A stretch of 64,000 nucleotides of DNA from an uncultured Verrucomicrobiae bacterium (GCA_963802515.1 CAWDIX010000003.1:91076-155075); one strand, 5' to 3'; counted from the stretch's first letter, positions 9,295 through 19,583 are shown. The notes: a model not told the origin generated them from the letters alone. Made by a program: numbers and translations.

Positions 9295-11022
9295 ATGAAA
9301 AATATCCTTTGCCATAACCTGGTGTGGAACAGCGCGGCGATGCTTGGTTTGCTGGCCATGTTCGGCACGCCCATGAACCGCGCGGCGGCGCAGAGCGATG
9401 AGCCGGCGATTTCCGTCTCCGCGACGAATTCAGCGCCAGCGGCGGTCAACCCCGGCGAAACGAATGCCCCTGCTGCCGAAGCCACGCATTCGTCCAAATG
9501 GCAACATAATGAAAGTCCGCCCCATGACGTGGTTGAATTTGGCCACAGCACCGTGTTGCCCATTGGAGAGACTGCAAACGACATGGTGGTGATCGGCGGC
9601 TCGGCCACGGCACTGGGTAAGGTGGAGCGGGACTTGGTGGCCATTTTCGGGAACGTAATGGTGGGGGATGAGGCCGGGCGCGATGTCGTGGCAGTCCTGG
9701 GCAACGTCAAATTGAATACCAACGCTGTCGTTCAGCGCAATACCGTGGCGGTTTTGGGCAATGTAAAAATGGGGCCGAACGCAAAAGTTTATGGCGACGT
9801 CGTTGCGGTCGGCGGCGCGGTGGAGCGCGCCGAAGGGTCCGAGATTCATGGGCAGGTGGTGGGATTTCCCGGCTTCAGTTGGCTGGGCGACTGGCTGGAA
9901 CAGTGCGCATTCAAATTGCGCCCGCTCGCGCCGCAGTTGGGCTGGCTATGGGCCATCAACGGCGTGATTCTCCTGGTTTACCTTTTGATCGCCCTCGCGT
10001 TTCCACGACCGGTGCAGGCCTGTGTGGACGAAATCACGCGCCGTCCGGTCACGACGGTATTGACCGGGCTGCTGGCCAAAATCCTGTTGCCGCTCGTGTT
10101 CCTGATTCTTCTGGCCATAGGCATTGGTGTTTTCATTGTTCCCTTTCTGCTCATCGCCGTAGTGTGCGCGGGCATGATTGGGAAGGTCGCCTTGCTCCAA
10201 TATTTTGGCCAACAAATCGGCCGGCAATTCAATTTCAAAACGATGCAAAAGCCATTGTTGGCGTTTTTGCTGGGATGGGTCCTCATCACGCTGCTCTATC
10301 TCGTGCCAGTCCTCGGCTTTATGGTTTATGCGCTGACGGGCATGTGGGCGTTGGGCGCGGCCGTCATGGCGCTGTTCAGCGGCAGACGCCGGGAAATGCC
10401 CGACAAACCAACCACGCCGCCGCCGGCATCTGGACCGCCGCCAACCTACGGATCGACAGCGGCAATGGCCGTTGTGGCCCCTGCGCCAACGGCGGGCACC
10501 CCAGCGGTAAGCCCGGGTATCGCTCCGGCTGGAACACCGGAAACACCAGGTATTCAGGCAGCTCCACTACCGGGCGCAGCACCAATTCAATCGGCCATGG
10601 CCACCGCGACCGCCGCGCCCCCGGCGTTACCCGAATTATTGTCTTATCCGAGGGCCGGTTTCTGGGAGCGCATGGGCGCCGCCTTTTTGGATGTAGTGCT
10701 GGTTGGAATTCTGGGGGCCATGGTGGGCGGCGTGCCGCTCAGTTTCATCGTCGCGCTGGCTTACTTTGCCGGCATGTGGGCGTGGAAAGGCACAACGGTC
10801 GGCGGGATTGTGCTCAAGCTGCATGTCGTGCGCTGCGACGGTCAACCTGTGACTTTCGTGGTGGCGCTGGTCCGCGGACTGGCCGCGGCGTTTTCCGTGA
10901 TCGTGCTCTTCCTTGGATTCCTGTGGATTGCGTGGGATCGGGACAAACAGGGCTGGCACGACAAAATCGCCGGAACGGTTGTCGTGCGCCTGCCGCGCTC
11001 AATGCCGCTGGTCTGCATTTGA
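9295..11022 (+). CDS. large membrane protein: beta-helix/bactofilin-like repeats, TM block, Pro-rich linker, C-terminal RDD domain
   Basis: Signal peptide MKNILCHN... Repeats of VAVLGNVK/VVAVGGAV type. RDD-like end RAGFWERMGAAFLDVVL...WHDKIAGTVVV. Confidence 0.75.
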   Translation: MKNILCHNLVWNSAAMLGLLAMFGTPMNRAAAQSDEPAISVSATNSAPAAVNPGETNAPAAEATHSSKWQHNESPPHDVVEFGHSTVLPIGETANDMVVIGGSATALGKVERDLVAIFGNVMVGDEAGRDVVAVLGNVKLNTNAVVQRNTVAVLGNVKMGPNAKVYGDVVAVGGAVERAEGSEIHGQVVGFPGFSWLGDWLEQCAFKLRPLAPQLGWLWAINGVILLVYLLIALAFPRPVQACVDEITRRPVTTVLTGLLAKILLPLVFLILLAIGIGVFIVPFLLIAVVCAGMIGKVALLQYFGQQIGRQFNFKTMQKPLLAFLLGWVLITLLYLVPVLGFMVYALTGMWALGAAVMALFSGRRREMPDKPTTPPPASGPPPTYGSTAAMAVVAPAPTAGTPAVSPGIAPAGTPETPGIQAAPLPGAAPIQSAMATATAAPPALPELLSYPRAGFWERMGAAFLDVVLVGILGAMVGGVPLSFIVALAYFAGMWAWKGTTVGGIVLKLHVVRCDGQPVTFVVALVRGLAAAFSVIVLFLGFLWIAWDRDKQGWHDKIAGTVVVRLPRSMPLVCI

Positions 11023-11043
11023 TGAAATCTCCTCAATCGCGAT

Positions 11044-11267
11044 TCACTTCAACGGCTTCATGCCATTGACGAAGTGGTATTCCGCGTCGCGCCCGAACCG
11101 GCGTCCCGGGCAACATGGATGTTCTCGCGGGAGATGAGATCGAGATCACGGGACCTGTTGTGCGCCCCGCAAAAACCCGGCAGCTCCTGCGTTTCGCGTA
11201 TGCCGCCAATGAGCGAGCCACCGAATTGGTGCCGTCTAAAAATCAGATTGAAAACCTGGACCGGCAT
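11044..11267 (-). pseudogene. C-terminal remnant of a zinc-type alcohol dehydrogenase (YahK/AdhA-like)
   Basis: GGSLIGGIRETQELPGFCGAHN..D..ISRENI resembles the conserved S(M/L)IGGI.ETQE(M/L)LDFCAEH block. The tail continues in another frame (..EYHFVNGMKPLK). No N-terminal 250+ aa is present. Confidence 0.45.
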
Positions 11268-11325
11268 TCAGCCCGCTCCCGCCGATTTAGCTGGTTTTAT
11301 GGGTTATTCCGGCTTAGGATAGGCC

Positions 11326-11544
11326 ATGATAAAGAGCAAGCTTGGCCGCCGCTTTCGCCCGCAACCCTTGGAAGCGGGCCAAATCTGGCGCATGCCGGAG
11401 GCCAATCTGCAGATTGGCATGGTGGGCAAATTGCTGGTGCATTACAAACTCGGCAAACCGAACGCCCTCCGGGTCGCCAATTCCTGCAGCGGTATTTCCA
11501 CCATCAAAAAATATCTGAAGGACCACAAAGCGGTACTGGATTAA
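11326..11544 (+). CDS. hypothetical small protein (72 aa)
   Basis: ATG-initiated ORF in an otherwise unassigned gap with plausible amino-acid composition. No recognised motif. Confidence 0.35.
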   Translation: MIKSKLGRRFRPQPLEAGQIWRMPEANLQIGMVGKLLVHYKLGKPNALRVANSCSGISTIKKYLKDHKAVLD

Positions 11545-11667
11545 GTCCTGGTCAGCAGGGCTGACATTTGGTAATTGCCAGCCGCAACGCATCCTCCCGT
11601 GGTTTGGTTCTTCGCTCGTTCCGGCAAATTTCCTTTTCTAAATCCGGAGGGAGGCTATGATTGCGGT

Positions 11668-12165
11668 ATGAAAGAGGGCAAGACCAGGAATTGTCCCCAG
11701 TGCGGCAACACGGTTGCCGAAACCGACCAGTTCTGTTCGAAGTGTTCTGCCCGCCTTGAACCGCCAGGCCTGTGGCGGAAATTTCTTTCCCGGTTCCGGT
11801 TTGCGGGCCGGCCCGGGCCGCGCATCCTGAACATCAAAAAGACGGTGACGATCAATACGATCGGGGAGGATGGCCAAACTCACGAGTATCATTCCCTGGA
11901 CGAAGTGCCGCCGGGAATACGGGCGGAAATTGAAAAGTTGCAGTCAGAATTGATGAAGGAAAAGGGCGGTTCCGTGTCCGTCACCGAGACTTCCTCAACG
12001 GAGGAGGTTACCACATCGGCAATAATCAAAAAGCAGAGTGTCACCGAGTTCAGGATCAAGGACGCTTCGGGAAACCAGTGGATATACCGTTCACTCGACG
12101 AACTGCCGCCGGATGTCCGGGCGCTGGTCGAGGGCGCCCAAAAGCAGGGCGAACTGGAAAAATAG
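11668..12165 (+). CDS. zinc-ribbon protein with internal duplicated motif
   Basis: GGAGGGAGG lies upstream of the ATG at 11668. CPQCGN..FCSKCS zinc ribbon. Duplicated Y(H/R)SLDE(V/L)PP..RA.(I/V)E motif. Confidence 0.6.
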   Translation: MKEGKTRNCPQCGNTVAETDQFCSKCSARLEPPGLWRKFLSRFRFAGRPGPRILNIKKTVTINTIGEDGQTHEYHSLDEVPPGIRAEIEKLQSELMKEKGGSVSVTETSSTEEVTTSAIIKKQSVTEFRIKDASGNQWIYRSLDELPPDVRALVEGAQKQGELEK

Positions 12166-12358
12166 CACTGAATTTGCCCAGCGCCCGGGAGAGGGGCAGG
12201 GGAATAGGATATCGCTGGGACAGGAATGCGCGTCGCCGGAATATGGGTGGAAAAGGGTCAAAGCGGTGAAACCGGTCGCATTCGCAGAAAGAGGCTGCGT
12301 TTTGCGGCTCAAAGACTGGTAAGAACATCATGTGTCCAGACCAAGTGGAGCGGCCCCG

Positions 12359-12997
12359 ATGATGATTCCAATTAAGATTCAGTGTGGATGCGGGCAACGC
12401 TACACATTCGACGTTGAGCCCGGCGCTTGCCTTGTTCCGAATACGATTGTCTGCCCGGTTTGTGGCGCCGATGGCGCCGCCGCCGCCAATGCCGCTATCG
12501 CACAGCGCACGTCGTCGCAACCCGCCACTGCCGCGCCGGTTGACGAGCCGCGCATACGCGTCGCGCCTTCGCCGCCTCCGGTTCCCGGGGCGGCCAGGCT
12601 GCGGGGAGCTCCACCACCCGCGCTAAAAATCAATCATACCCAGGCGCAACACGAAGCCAGGGCAAAGATTTTTTGGGGCGACACTGCCGAGGAAGTCATC
12701 AAATATTTGAAGGTGCAGGGATTCAGTTATGAAGAGGCATCCGGCCTGGTCCAAGCGATGTTCTTGGAAAGGGAGGTGACAATCAGGGCAAATGGAGTCA
12801 GAAAGATATTCATCGGCTCGGCGCTGCTGGCCGTCCCCATCGTGGCTTTTTTCATCTTCCTCGGCATCGGAATCATCCCCATGAAACTCTTTGCGTTGGC
12901 GATTATGGTCGGCCTCTGGGGCGCCTGGATGCTGATAAACGGGATTATTATGTTCCTGGCCCCGAAATGGGAACGGGGCGATGTTGCAGATCAATAG
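12359..12997 (+). CDS. zinc-ribbon membrane protein (Pro-rich linker, 2 C-terminal TM)
   Basis: IKIQCGCGQRYTFD...VCPVCG at the N-terminus and two TM helices at the C-terminus. Confidence 0.6.
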   Translation: MMIPIKIQCGCGQRYTFDVEPGACLVPNTIVCPVCGADGAAAANAAIAQRTSSQPATAAPVDEPRIRVAPSPPPVPGAARLRGAPPPALKINHTQAQHEARAKIFWGDTAEEVIKYLKVQGFSYEEASGLVQAMFLEREVTIRANGVRKIFIGSALLAVPIVAFFIFLGIGIIPMKLFALAIMVGLWGAWMLINGIIMFLAPKWERGDVADQ

Positions 12998-13110
12998 TCG
13001 CAAAGCCACGTTGCTGCCAATCCCTGGGTGCGTTTGAGCAGAAACGCATCCGGTTCAAGTGTGACAACCCGGATTTGAATTTGAATGGAAAAGGGTTATA
13101 TTATGGGCCA

Positions 13111-13452
13111 ATGAGTCACCGTGCGTTTGAGACGTTTTGCGAGATGATCGACAGCCTTTCACCCGAGGCCGTGTTGAAGGCCGCCGCAATGGCGCGGAGC
13201 AAGATGAATGAAGACCTGGCCTCGGGACGAACCGTACCCAGCGAGGATACCACCCTGGTTCGGACCTTTTGCCGGTTTCTTGAGAGCGCGGCTCATGGCC
13301 GCCTGGTCTTGCCCCGCGACATGCCGATGGCGCACTGGATGTTCTACGAAAAAACCGTGGAGCGGCTGGTCGCGGCCGGGGAACTGCCGCGCAAGGCGAA
13401 GGAAGATTTTGATGCCGCTAACAACGCTGCCTTTTTCCGCATCATGGCTTGA
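13111..13452 (+). CDS. hypothetical protein (113 aa)
   Basis: ATG at 13111. Helical-looking sequence, followed by a terminator hairpin. Confidence 0.45.
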   Translation: MSHRAFETFCEMIDSLSPEAVLKAAAMARSKMNEDLASGRTVPSEDTTLVRTFCRFLESAAHGRLVLPRDMPMAHWMFYEKTVERLVAAGELPRKAKEDFDAANNAAFFRIMA

Positions 13453-13456
13453 TCCT

Positions 13457-13480
13457 CCGGCTCGTGGATGCCGGTTTTTT
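13457..13480 (+). terminator. rho-independent terminator candidate
   Basis: CCGGC-tcgtggat-GCCGG followed by TTTTTT, 5 nt after the stop at 13452. Confidence 0.55.
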
Positions 13481-13569
13481 ACCTCCCGTCGAACAGTTTG
13501 GCCATCGACGGAAAAATCTAATAGATTGTTTCTGATTTTCTGCTAGCCTGTCCATGTGGGTGAGCGCAT

Positions 13570-14559
<990 letters not shown>

Positions 14560-14564
14560 CCGCC

Positions 14565-15194
14565 ATGAGGGAAAACGACATCCGCTTCATCAAGTTGCTG
14601 ATCCTCGTCAACGGCATGGTGCCGCTGGTCTTGCTGGGCTGGGACGTGAAGCATAATCAGCTGGGCGCCAACCCGCAGAATTTCGCCATCCTCACCACCG
14701 GCATGATGACGCTGGTTTTTTTGATGCTGACAATGTTGGTGACCCCTTTGCGAAAGTTCACCGGCTGGAACTGGCTGGTTCAATTTCGCCGGATGCTCGG
14801 CCTTTACGCCTTCTTTTACGCCTGCGTGCATTTCCAGTTGTTCTTCAGTCTTGACCGGGGATTCAGCATTTCCAGCACCTTGTCAGAAATGGTCAAACGC
14901 AAATACCTGATTGTGGGCAGCACCGGCCTCCTGGTCATGGTGCCGTTGGCGCTTACGTCTACCAACGCCATGATCAAACGCCTGGGCGGCAAGCGCTGGC
15001 GGGCGTTGCACCGGCTGGCTTATGTGGCCGCCATCGCCGGCGTGATTCATTATTACATGCAGGTGAAGGCCGACGTGCGCCAGCCGCTCGCGTTTGCGGC
15101 GGTGCTGGCCATCCTGCTCGGATACCGGCTGGTGGTTTACTGGCGGCAGCGCAAGCCGGTACCATCAGCACCTGCCGCTGCCAAACCAGGGTAG
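14565..15194 (+). CDS. msrQ: protein-methionine-sulfoxide reductase heme-binding subunit MsrQ
   Basis: ATG lies 5 nt after the msrP stop. Ferric-reductase-like polytopic membrane protein with conserved His (YACVHF, AGVIHYY). Confidence 0.9.
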   Translation: MRENDIRFIKLLILVNGMVPLVLLGWDVKHNQLGANPQNFAILTTGMMTLVFLMLTMLVTPLRKFTGWNWLVQFRRMLGLYAFFYACVHFQLFFSLDRGFSISSTLSEMVKRKYLIVGSTGLLVMVPLALTSTNAMIKRLGGKRWRALHRLAYVAAIAGVIHYYMQVKADVRQPLAFAAVLAILLGYRLVVYWRQRKPVPSAPAAAKPG

Positions 15195-15274
15195 GCCAAC
15201 CGGCAAGCGCCGCGATTCGGCGAACTGGTATTGTCATGTGTTCGGCGGTTTGCCGCCGGATGAGATCTGTTACA

Positions 15275-15298
15275 GGGATTTTCCAACCTGAAAATCCC
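15275..15298. terminator. bidirectional hairpin between convergent msrQ and the DUF3299 gene
   Basis: 9-bp stem GGGATTTTC / GAAAATCCC with a 6-nt loop. Confidence 0.45.
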
Positions 15299-15302
15299 AT
15301 GC

Positions 15303-16046
15303 TCACCGGTAATTCACCGGTTCGTCCATTTTCTCCCCATCCAGTTGGTAGATGCAGCTCAATTGCCCGTTTTTGAGGATTTCTCCCACATGCAACGTTC
15401 CGTAAACCGTCAACGGCTGGTCCATGATGGATTTGACCCCGTCACCCTTCATGCGCACGTGAATCCATTCGTTGATTCCGAGGGGTATCCCAAAGCAGCA
15501 AAAGGAACGGCTTCGCATCAGCAGGAATTCGGTGACCCGGGCATTTTCAAGCTTCAAAGGCAACATAAATCCCTGTACGGAGACTTCGCGGTTGTCCAGG
15601 GATTTGATAAAATCGGGAATGGGCCGGCTTAGTTTTGGAATGGTTGTGAACCTGACTGGATCAATCACCTGGTGGAGCACAAAGACCTGAAAACCCGCCA
15701 GATTGTCCCAGCCGACTTGCAGGTAGCCATGAACAGTTTCGATGTGGCTGAAGCTGGATCTATGTCCGCCAGGGGGACCTGTCAACCTGACCGGACCACG
15801 AGTTGTCGAAGCTGATGGAACACTGGCTGCAGCTACGGAATTGGACTCCGAGGGCGGATTGATCAGTTCACCGTGAATCACGCGGGGAATGGCGACCGGC
15901 TTGGGCATCAGCGCCGGCAGACAAAGGAATTCAGTCGAAGCCAGGACGATTCCCGCGCCGGCCAGCGCCACGATTCGCGCATAATTCTTCCGGCTGGCAG
16001 GCGCCGCGGCGTATTGGTCCTCATTTTTCCTGGTTGTCCGTGTCAT
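15303..16046 (-). CDS. DUF3299-family protein with N-terminal membrane anchor
   Basis: ATG at 16046 (MTRTTRK). C-terminal block VSVQGFMLPL...EFLLMRSRSFCCFGIPLGINEWIHVRM...TVYGTLHVGE is typical of DUF3299. Confidence 0.7.
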   Translation of the reverse strand: MTRTTRKNEDQYAAAPASRKNYARIVALAGAGIVLASTEFLCLPALMPKPVAIPRVIHGELINPPSESNSVAAASVPSASTTRGPVRLTGPPGGHRSSFSHIETVHGYLQVGWDNLAGFQVFVLHQVIDPVRFTTIPKLSRPIPDFIKSLDNREVSVQGFMLPLKLENARVTEFLLMRSRSFCCFGIPLGINEWIHVRMKGDGVKSIMDQPLTVYGTLHVGEILKNGQLSCIYQLDGEKMDEPVNYR

Positions 16047-16221
16047 TTCCTTTCGGGAATTTAAACGCGATGTTCTGATATTTATTGCCACCCAACATCC
16101 ACTCTTTGATAACCGCATCGAATCGCGGAGCCGTTTTCAAGCAATCGGAATGTACTTCAAAAAGGGCGTCGTCGCCAACCGTTTGAACGCTGGCGCTGTT
16201 GTAGCCGGCGGCCGGCTCCAC
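16021..16221 (-). CDS. hypothetical small ORF between permease and DUF3299 (start uncertain)
   Basis: Open frame 16347-16021. The only in-frame start after the permease stop is a GTG at 16221. A His-rich KHEHEIDHSSH lies just upstream in frame. Confidence 0.25.
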   Translation of the reverse strand: MEPAAGYNSASVQTVGDDALFEVHSDCLKTAPRFDAVIKEWMLGGNKYQNIAFKFPKGNDTDNQEK

Positions 16222-16261
16222 GTGGGAAGAATGATCAATTTCATGTTCATGTTTCCAGAGA

Positions 16262-17473
16262 TCACGAAATGGGCACGAGATTTTCGGCGACATCGGTGCG
16301 ATAAGCTTTGATCGCCGGGACGATCCCCGCGAGTGTACCCAGGGCAATCAGCGAGGCGGGCGCCCACAACATCACGAGACTAAATTTTAACGGATCCAAA
16401 ACCACCCCCGTCTGGGCACGGATGATGCCGGCTACGATGATGAAAATGATCCCGTAGAAGGCGAACCCGGCCAGCATTCCAAGGATGGAAATCGAAGCCG
16501 CTTCCATCAGAATACAGGTAAAAACGGTCGTTCGCCGGGCGCCGAGCGCTCGCAGAATGGCAATGTCCCGCCGCCGTTCGTTCATCGAATTGTAAATGCT
16601 GGCGAGGATTGAGGCGGCGGCCACGATGGCCACCAAATATGAAACCAGGGTGAGCACCCGATTAAACCAGCCGATTTTGGCAAACAGCTCGGCCATCACC
16701 GCTCCAATCGGCCATGCGAAGGTCAGGCGATTGCCTTGCCGGTTGTACCTGCGGTCCATTTGGAACCCGGCCAGCGCGCTCTCTGCCTTCAATTTGACCA
16801 GGACGGCGCTGATCTCGGTCGCCATTTGGGGATCGTGGCCGCTCATTTTTTGGAGGCCTTCCAGCGGAATCCAAATCACCTGGTCGGCCGGCGTGTTGGA
16901 AGGTTTGAGCACGCCCACCACGACGTAGGTATCCGAGTGTTGCTCTTTCTCGTCGAAGATCAGGCCGTGAAACGGATGAAATGTATCGCCAATCTTGAGG
17001 TTCATTTTGCGGGCGACAAAATTGCCGACCACCGCTTCGCGGCGTTTCGGGTCAAACCAGTTGCCCCCCGCCTCCAGGGCGTATCGTTTGCCGGGCGCGT
17101 ATTCACTCTTTTCGAACAGGTCAAGCGTCGTTCCTACCAGCCGATAGCCGTGATAATTGTCGCCCACCGCGATTGGAACCGCGAGTTCGACATCGGGGTT
17201 TCTTTGGATGTCGAGAAAGTCCGACCATGCAAGATTTCCGGGCGACGCCTCCAAATTGAAAATGGCGTTGAGCACCAGTTGCAGCTTGGAACCGCGTGCG
17301 CCGAGCACGGCGTCAAAACCGGCGTTCGCACCGGTGAAAGTGGCTTGCGACTGCTCCTGAACCGACCAGACCGACATCAGCAGGCCGCCGGCCAACGCAA
17401 CGGAGAAGGCCGTGACGGCGGTGGAAAGCGCGTGGTGCCGGAGGCTTTTGAAAACAATCAACCAGACGGTCAT
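16262..17473 (-). CDS. MacB/LolC-type (FtsX-like) ABC transporter permease
   Basis: TM1, a large periplasmic domain, then three TM. RRRDIAILRALGARRTTVF FtsX signature. Confidence 0.85.
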   Translation of the reverse strand: MTVWLIVFKSLRHHALSTAVTAFSVALAGGLLMSVWSVQEQSQATFTGANAGFDAVLGARGSKLQLVLNAIFNLEASPGNLAWSDFLDIQRNPDVELAVPIAVGDNYHGYRLVGTTLDLFEKSEYAPGKRYALEAGGNWFDPKRREAVVGNFVARKMNLKIGDTFHPFHGLIFDEKEQHSDTYVVVGVLKPSNTPADQVIWIPLEGLQKMSGHDPQMATEISAVLVKLKAESALAGFQMDRRYNRQGNRLTFAWPIGAVMAELFAKIGWFNRVLTLVSYLVAIVAAASILASIYNSMNERRRDIAILRALGARRTTVFTCILMEAASISILGMLAGFAFYGIIFIIVAGIIRAQTGVVLDPLKFSLVMLWAPASLIALGTLAGIVPAIKAYRTDVAENLVPIS

Positions 17474-18153
17474 GGGCTTGTCTCCCCCTTTGAAGTTCGA
17501 TTGATGTCCCCAAATGCCTGGACTTTTTCAAACTGTGAAAGAATTTCGCGATCATGGCTGACCAACAACAGGGCTGCGCCATTTTCGCGGCACACGTCGC
17601 GAATCAGGGTCACCGACTTTGATGCATTTTTGTAATCCAGGTTGCCGGTCGGCTCATCGGCCAAAACGAGCCTCGGCCGGTTGGCCAGCGCCCGGGCCAC
17701 CGCCACACGTTGCTGCTGGCCAATCGAAAGCTGGCGTGGCTGGTGCTTCAGATGTTCGCCCAGGCCAACCCGCCGCAAGAGCGTTTCGGCGAAAGCCTGG
17801 TCGGCTCCAGGTCCGAATGACATGCCGAGCAACACGTTTTCCAGGCAGGTGTAGCCCTGCAGCAGGTTGAACGTCTGGAAAATGTAGCCGATCGCCGTGG
17901 CCCGCAGGCGATCCCGCTCCGGCTCGCTCAAGGCGGACATCGCCTGGCCGGCGATGGTGATCCTGCCGGCGTCCGGTTTGAGAATTCCGGCGATCAGGTT
18001 CAGAAATGTCGTTTTGCCCAAACCGCTTTCCCCTTCGAGCGCCACATGCGACTTGTCTTCCAGTATGAACCGCTTGACGTTGACGACCTCGTGGGCAAAG
18101 CCTTCCGGGGTGAGAAACGTTTTTTTAAGCTCGGAGATTTCGAGTAACGCCAT
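17470..18153 (-). CDS. ABC transporter ATP-binding protein (MacB/LolD-like)
   Basis: Walker [10 protein letters not shown], signature [15 protein letters not shown], Walker [14 protein letters not shown]-loop VSHD. 4-nt overlap with the permease gene. Confidence 0.9.
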   Translation of the reverse strand: MALLEISELKKTFLTPEGFAHEVVNVKRFILEDKSHVALEGESGLGKTTFLNLIAGILKPDAGRITIAGQAMSALSEPERDRLRATAIGYIFQTFNLLQGYTCLENVLLGMSFGPGADQAFAETLLRRVGLGEHLKHQPRQLSIGQQQRVAVARALANRPRLVLADEPTGNLDYKNASKSVTLIRDVCRENGAALLLVSHDREILSQFEKVQAFGDINRTSKGETSP

Positions 18154-18199
18154 ATAGCTTATTCAAAGGCTACGGAATTTGAACCTGTATTGGAATTGT

Positions 18200-18730
18200 T
18201 TATTGCCTGGAACCTTCTTGCTGCTTTCGGATCCGGTTCGCCAGTTCGTTGTACTTTTCCACGATGGCGTTCCGGTCTTTCACCTCGTCGTTGAACTTCT
18301 GCACGAAATCGTTGCGCTGGGCGATGAGGTTGGAAATGGCTTCATTCTGTTGGTCAACTCCGGCATAGATGGCTTTCAGCTTTGCCTCCAGGGCATCCAC
18401 CGCCTGCTTGTACTGCATAATTCCATTGGTGAGATTTCCGTTGGCGAATCGCAGTTGCGCGATTTCTGCCTTTTCCGAAATGACGAGTTGTTCGTTTGTC
18501 GCGGCGGCGGCCTTGACTTCGGTAAGGCGCGCGTCCATCTGGTTTACCTGATGATTCAACGTGGCGATGGCATTGGTGTCGTCCTGGATGGCCGCGTTCC
18601 GGTCATAGACCATCCGGTTCAAGATTTGGATTTCGCTGCGCTGAACAGTTTGTTCATACCATTGCCAGGCGCAAAGACCGCAGAGGCCGAGCGCGAGGAC
18701 GATGAGGAGGTTCACTTGGAAAATTTTCAT
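18200..18730 (-). CDS. membrane-anchored coiled-coil protein
   Basis: N-terminal TM VNLLIVLALGLCGLCAW followed by ~150 aa of heptad-rich Q/N/A/E sequence. 4-nt overlap with the upstream exbD. Confidence 0.65.
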   Translation of the reverse strand: MKIFQVNLLIVLALGLCGLCAWQWYEQTVQRSEIQILNRMVYDRNAAIQDDTNAIATLNHQVNQMDARLTEVKAAAATNEQLVISEKAEIAQLRFANGNLTNGIMQYKQAVDALEAKLKAIYAGVDQQNEAISNLIAQRNDFVQKFNDEVKDRNAIVEKYNELANRIRKQQEGSRQ

Positions 18731-19152
18731 GGGGTTGGATAGCCGGGTGCGGCCTGGACGGCGATGGCGACGCGCTGGATGCCGGCACGTTTTACCAAAT
18801 CCAGGACGAACATCACCGAGCCGTGCGTGGCGTCCTGCGCGCCGGTAATATAAACCGGCAGATTGGTGTTCAGGCTGTAACGGTTCGTCAGCATTGTGAA
18901 CAGCTCGGGAAAGGCGATCGGTTTCTCGTCCGCAGAAACCTGGCCATCCCGATTCACCTGGAGATTAACGATGTCGGGCTTTTTCGAAGGCGTGGCGAGC
19001 GTGGCCGTGGGCAGATTGGACTTGAGCGTGCGGACAATCTGCATCTGCAAAGTGACCATCATGAACGACGCCAGCAGGAAAAACATGATGTCGATCAGCG
19101 GAATGATTTCCAGCCGCGACTTTCTTTCCGGGATTGGCGTGTGGATTTTCAT
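18727..19152 (-). CDS. exbD: ExbD/TolR biopolymer transport protein (copy 2)
   Basis: IIPLIDIMFFLLASFMM TM and ExbD fold length (141 aa). Confidence 0.9.
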   Translation of the reverse strand: MKIHTPIPERKSRLEIIPLIDIMFFLLASFMMVTLQMQIVRTLKSNLPTATLATPSKKPDIVNLQVNRDGQVSADEKPIAFPELFTMLTNRYSLNTNLPVYITGAQDATHGSVMFVLDLVKRAGIQRVAIAVQAAPGYPTP

Positions 19153-19574
19153 GGCGTCTTTGAGCTTTGCCGGCTGTCGGTCATAAACGCCACCTTTTGG
19201 ATACCGGCCGCGCGCACGGTTTCATACACCTTCACCATCGCGCCGTGGAGCGTGTCGCGGTCGCCGCTGATATAAACCGGCAGGTCGGGGTTTACGCGGA
19301 AGCGATTACTCAAGGTAAGGCCGAGGTCGGCCAGCGAAATCTCCGTTTTCTCCAGCCAAACCGCGCCCGATTTGTCCACCGCGATATTGACCATGTCCGG
19401 ACGGAAATCCTGCCGCGATTGGGAGGCGGGCGGCAGGTTGACCTTGATATTCTCGGTTTTGCTCATCTCGAGCGCCAGCATCATGAATGACGCCAGCAGA
19501 AAAAACATGATGTCAATCAGCGGGATGATGACAATCCGCGAGCGGCGTTTCGGGATGGGCGAGGGGATCTTCAT
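19149..19574 (-). CDS. exbD: ExbD/TolR biopolymer transport protein (copy 1)
   Basis: IIPLIDIMFFLLASFMM, 141 aa, paralog of the adjacent gene. Confidence 0.9.
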   Translation of the reverse strand: MKIPSPIPKRRSRIVIIPLIDIMFFLLASFMMLALEMSKTENIKVNLPPASQSRQDFRPDMVNIAVDKSGAVWLEKTEISLADLGLTLSNRFRVNPDLPVYISGDRDTLHGAMVKVYETVRAAGIQKVAFMTDSRQSSKTP

Positions 19575-19583
19575 CGGAGATTT

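Noticed and set aside
8469-9722. 417-aa minus-strand ORF spanning the ECF sigma, anti-sigma and RDD genes
   Set aside because: It is antisense to three genes with strong motifs. Its Arg/Ala/Pro-rich composition is typical of spurious antisense ORFs in high-GC DNA.
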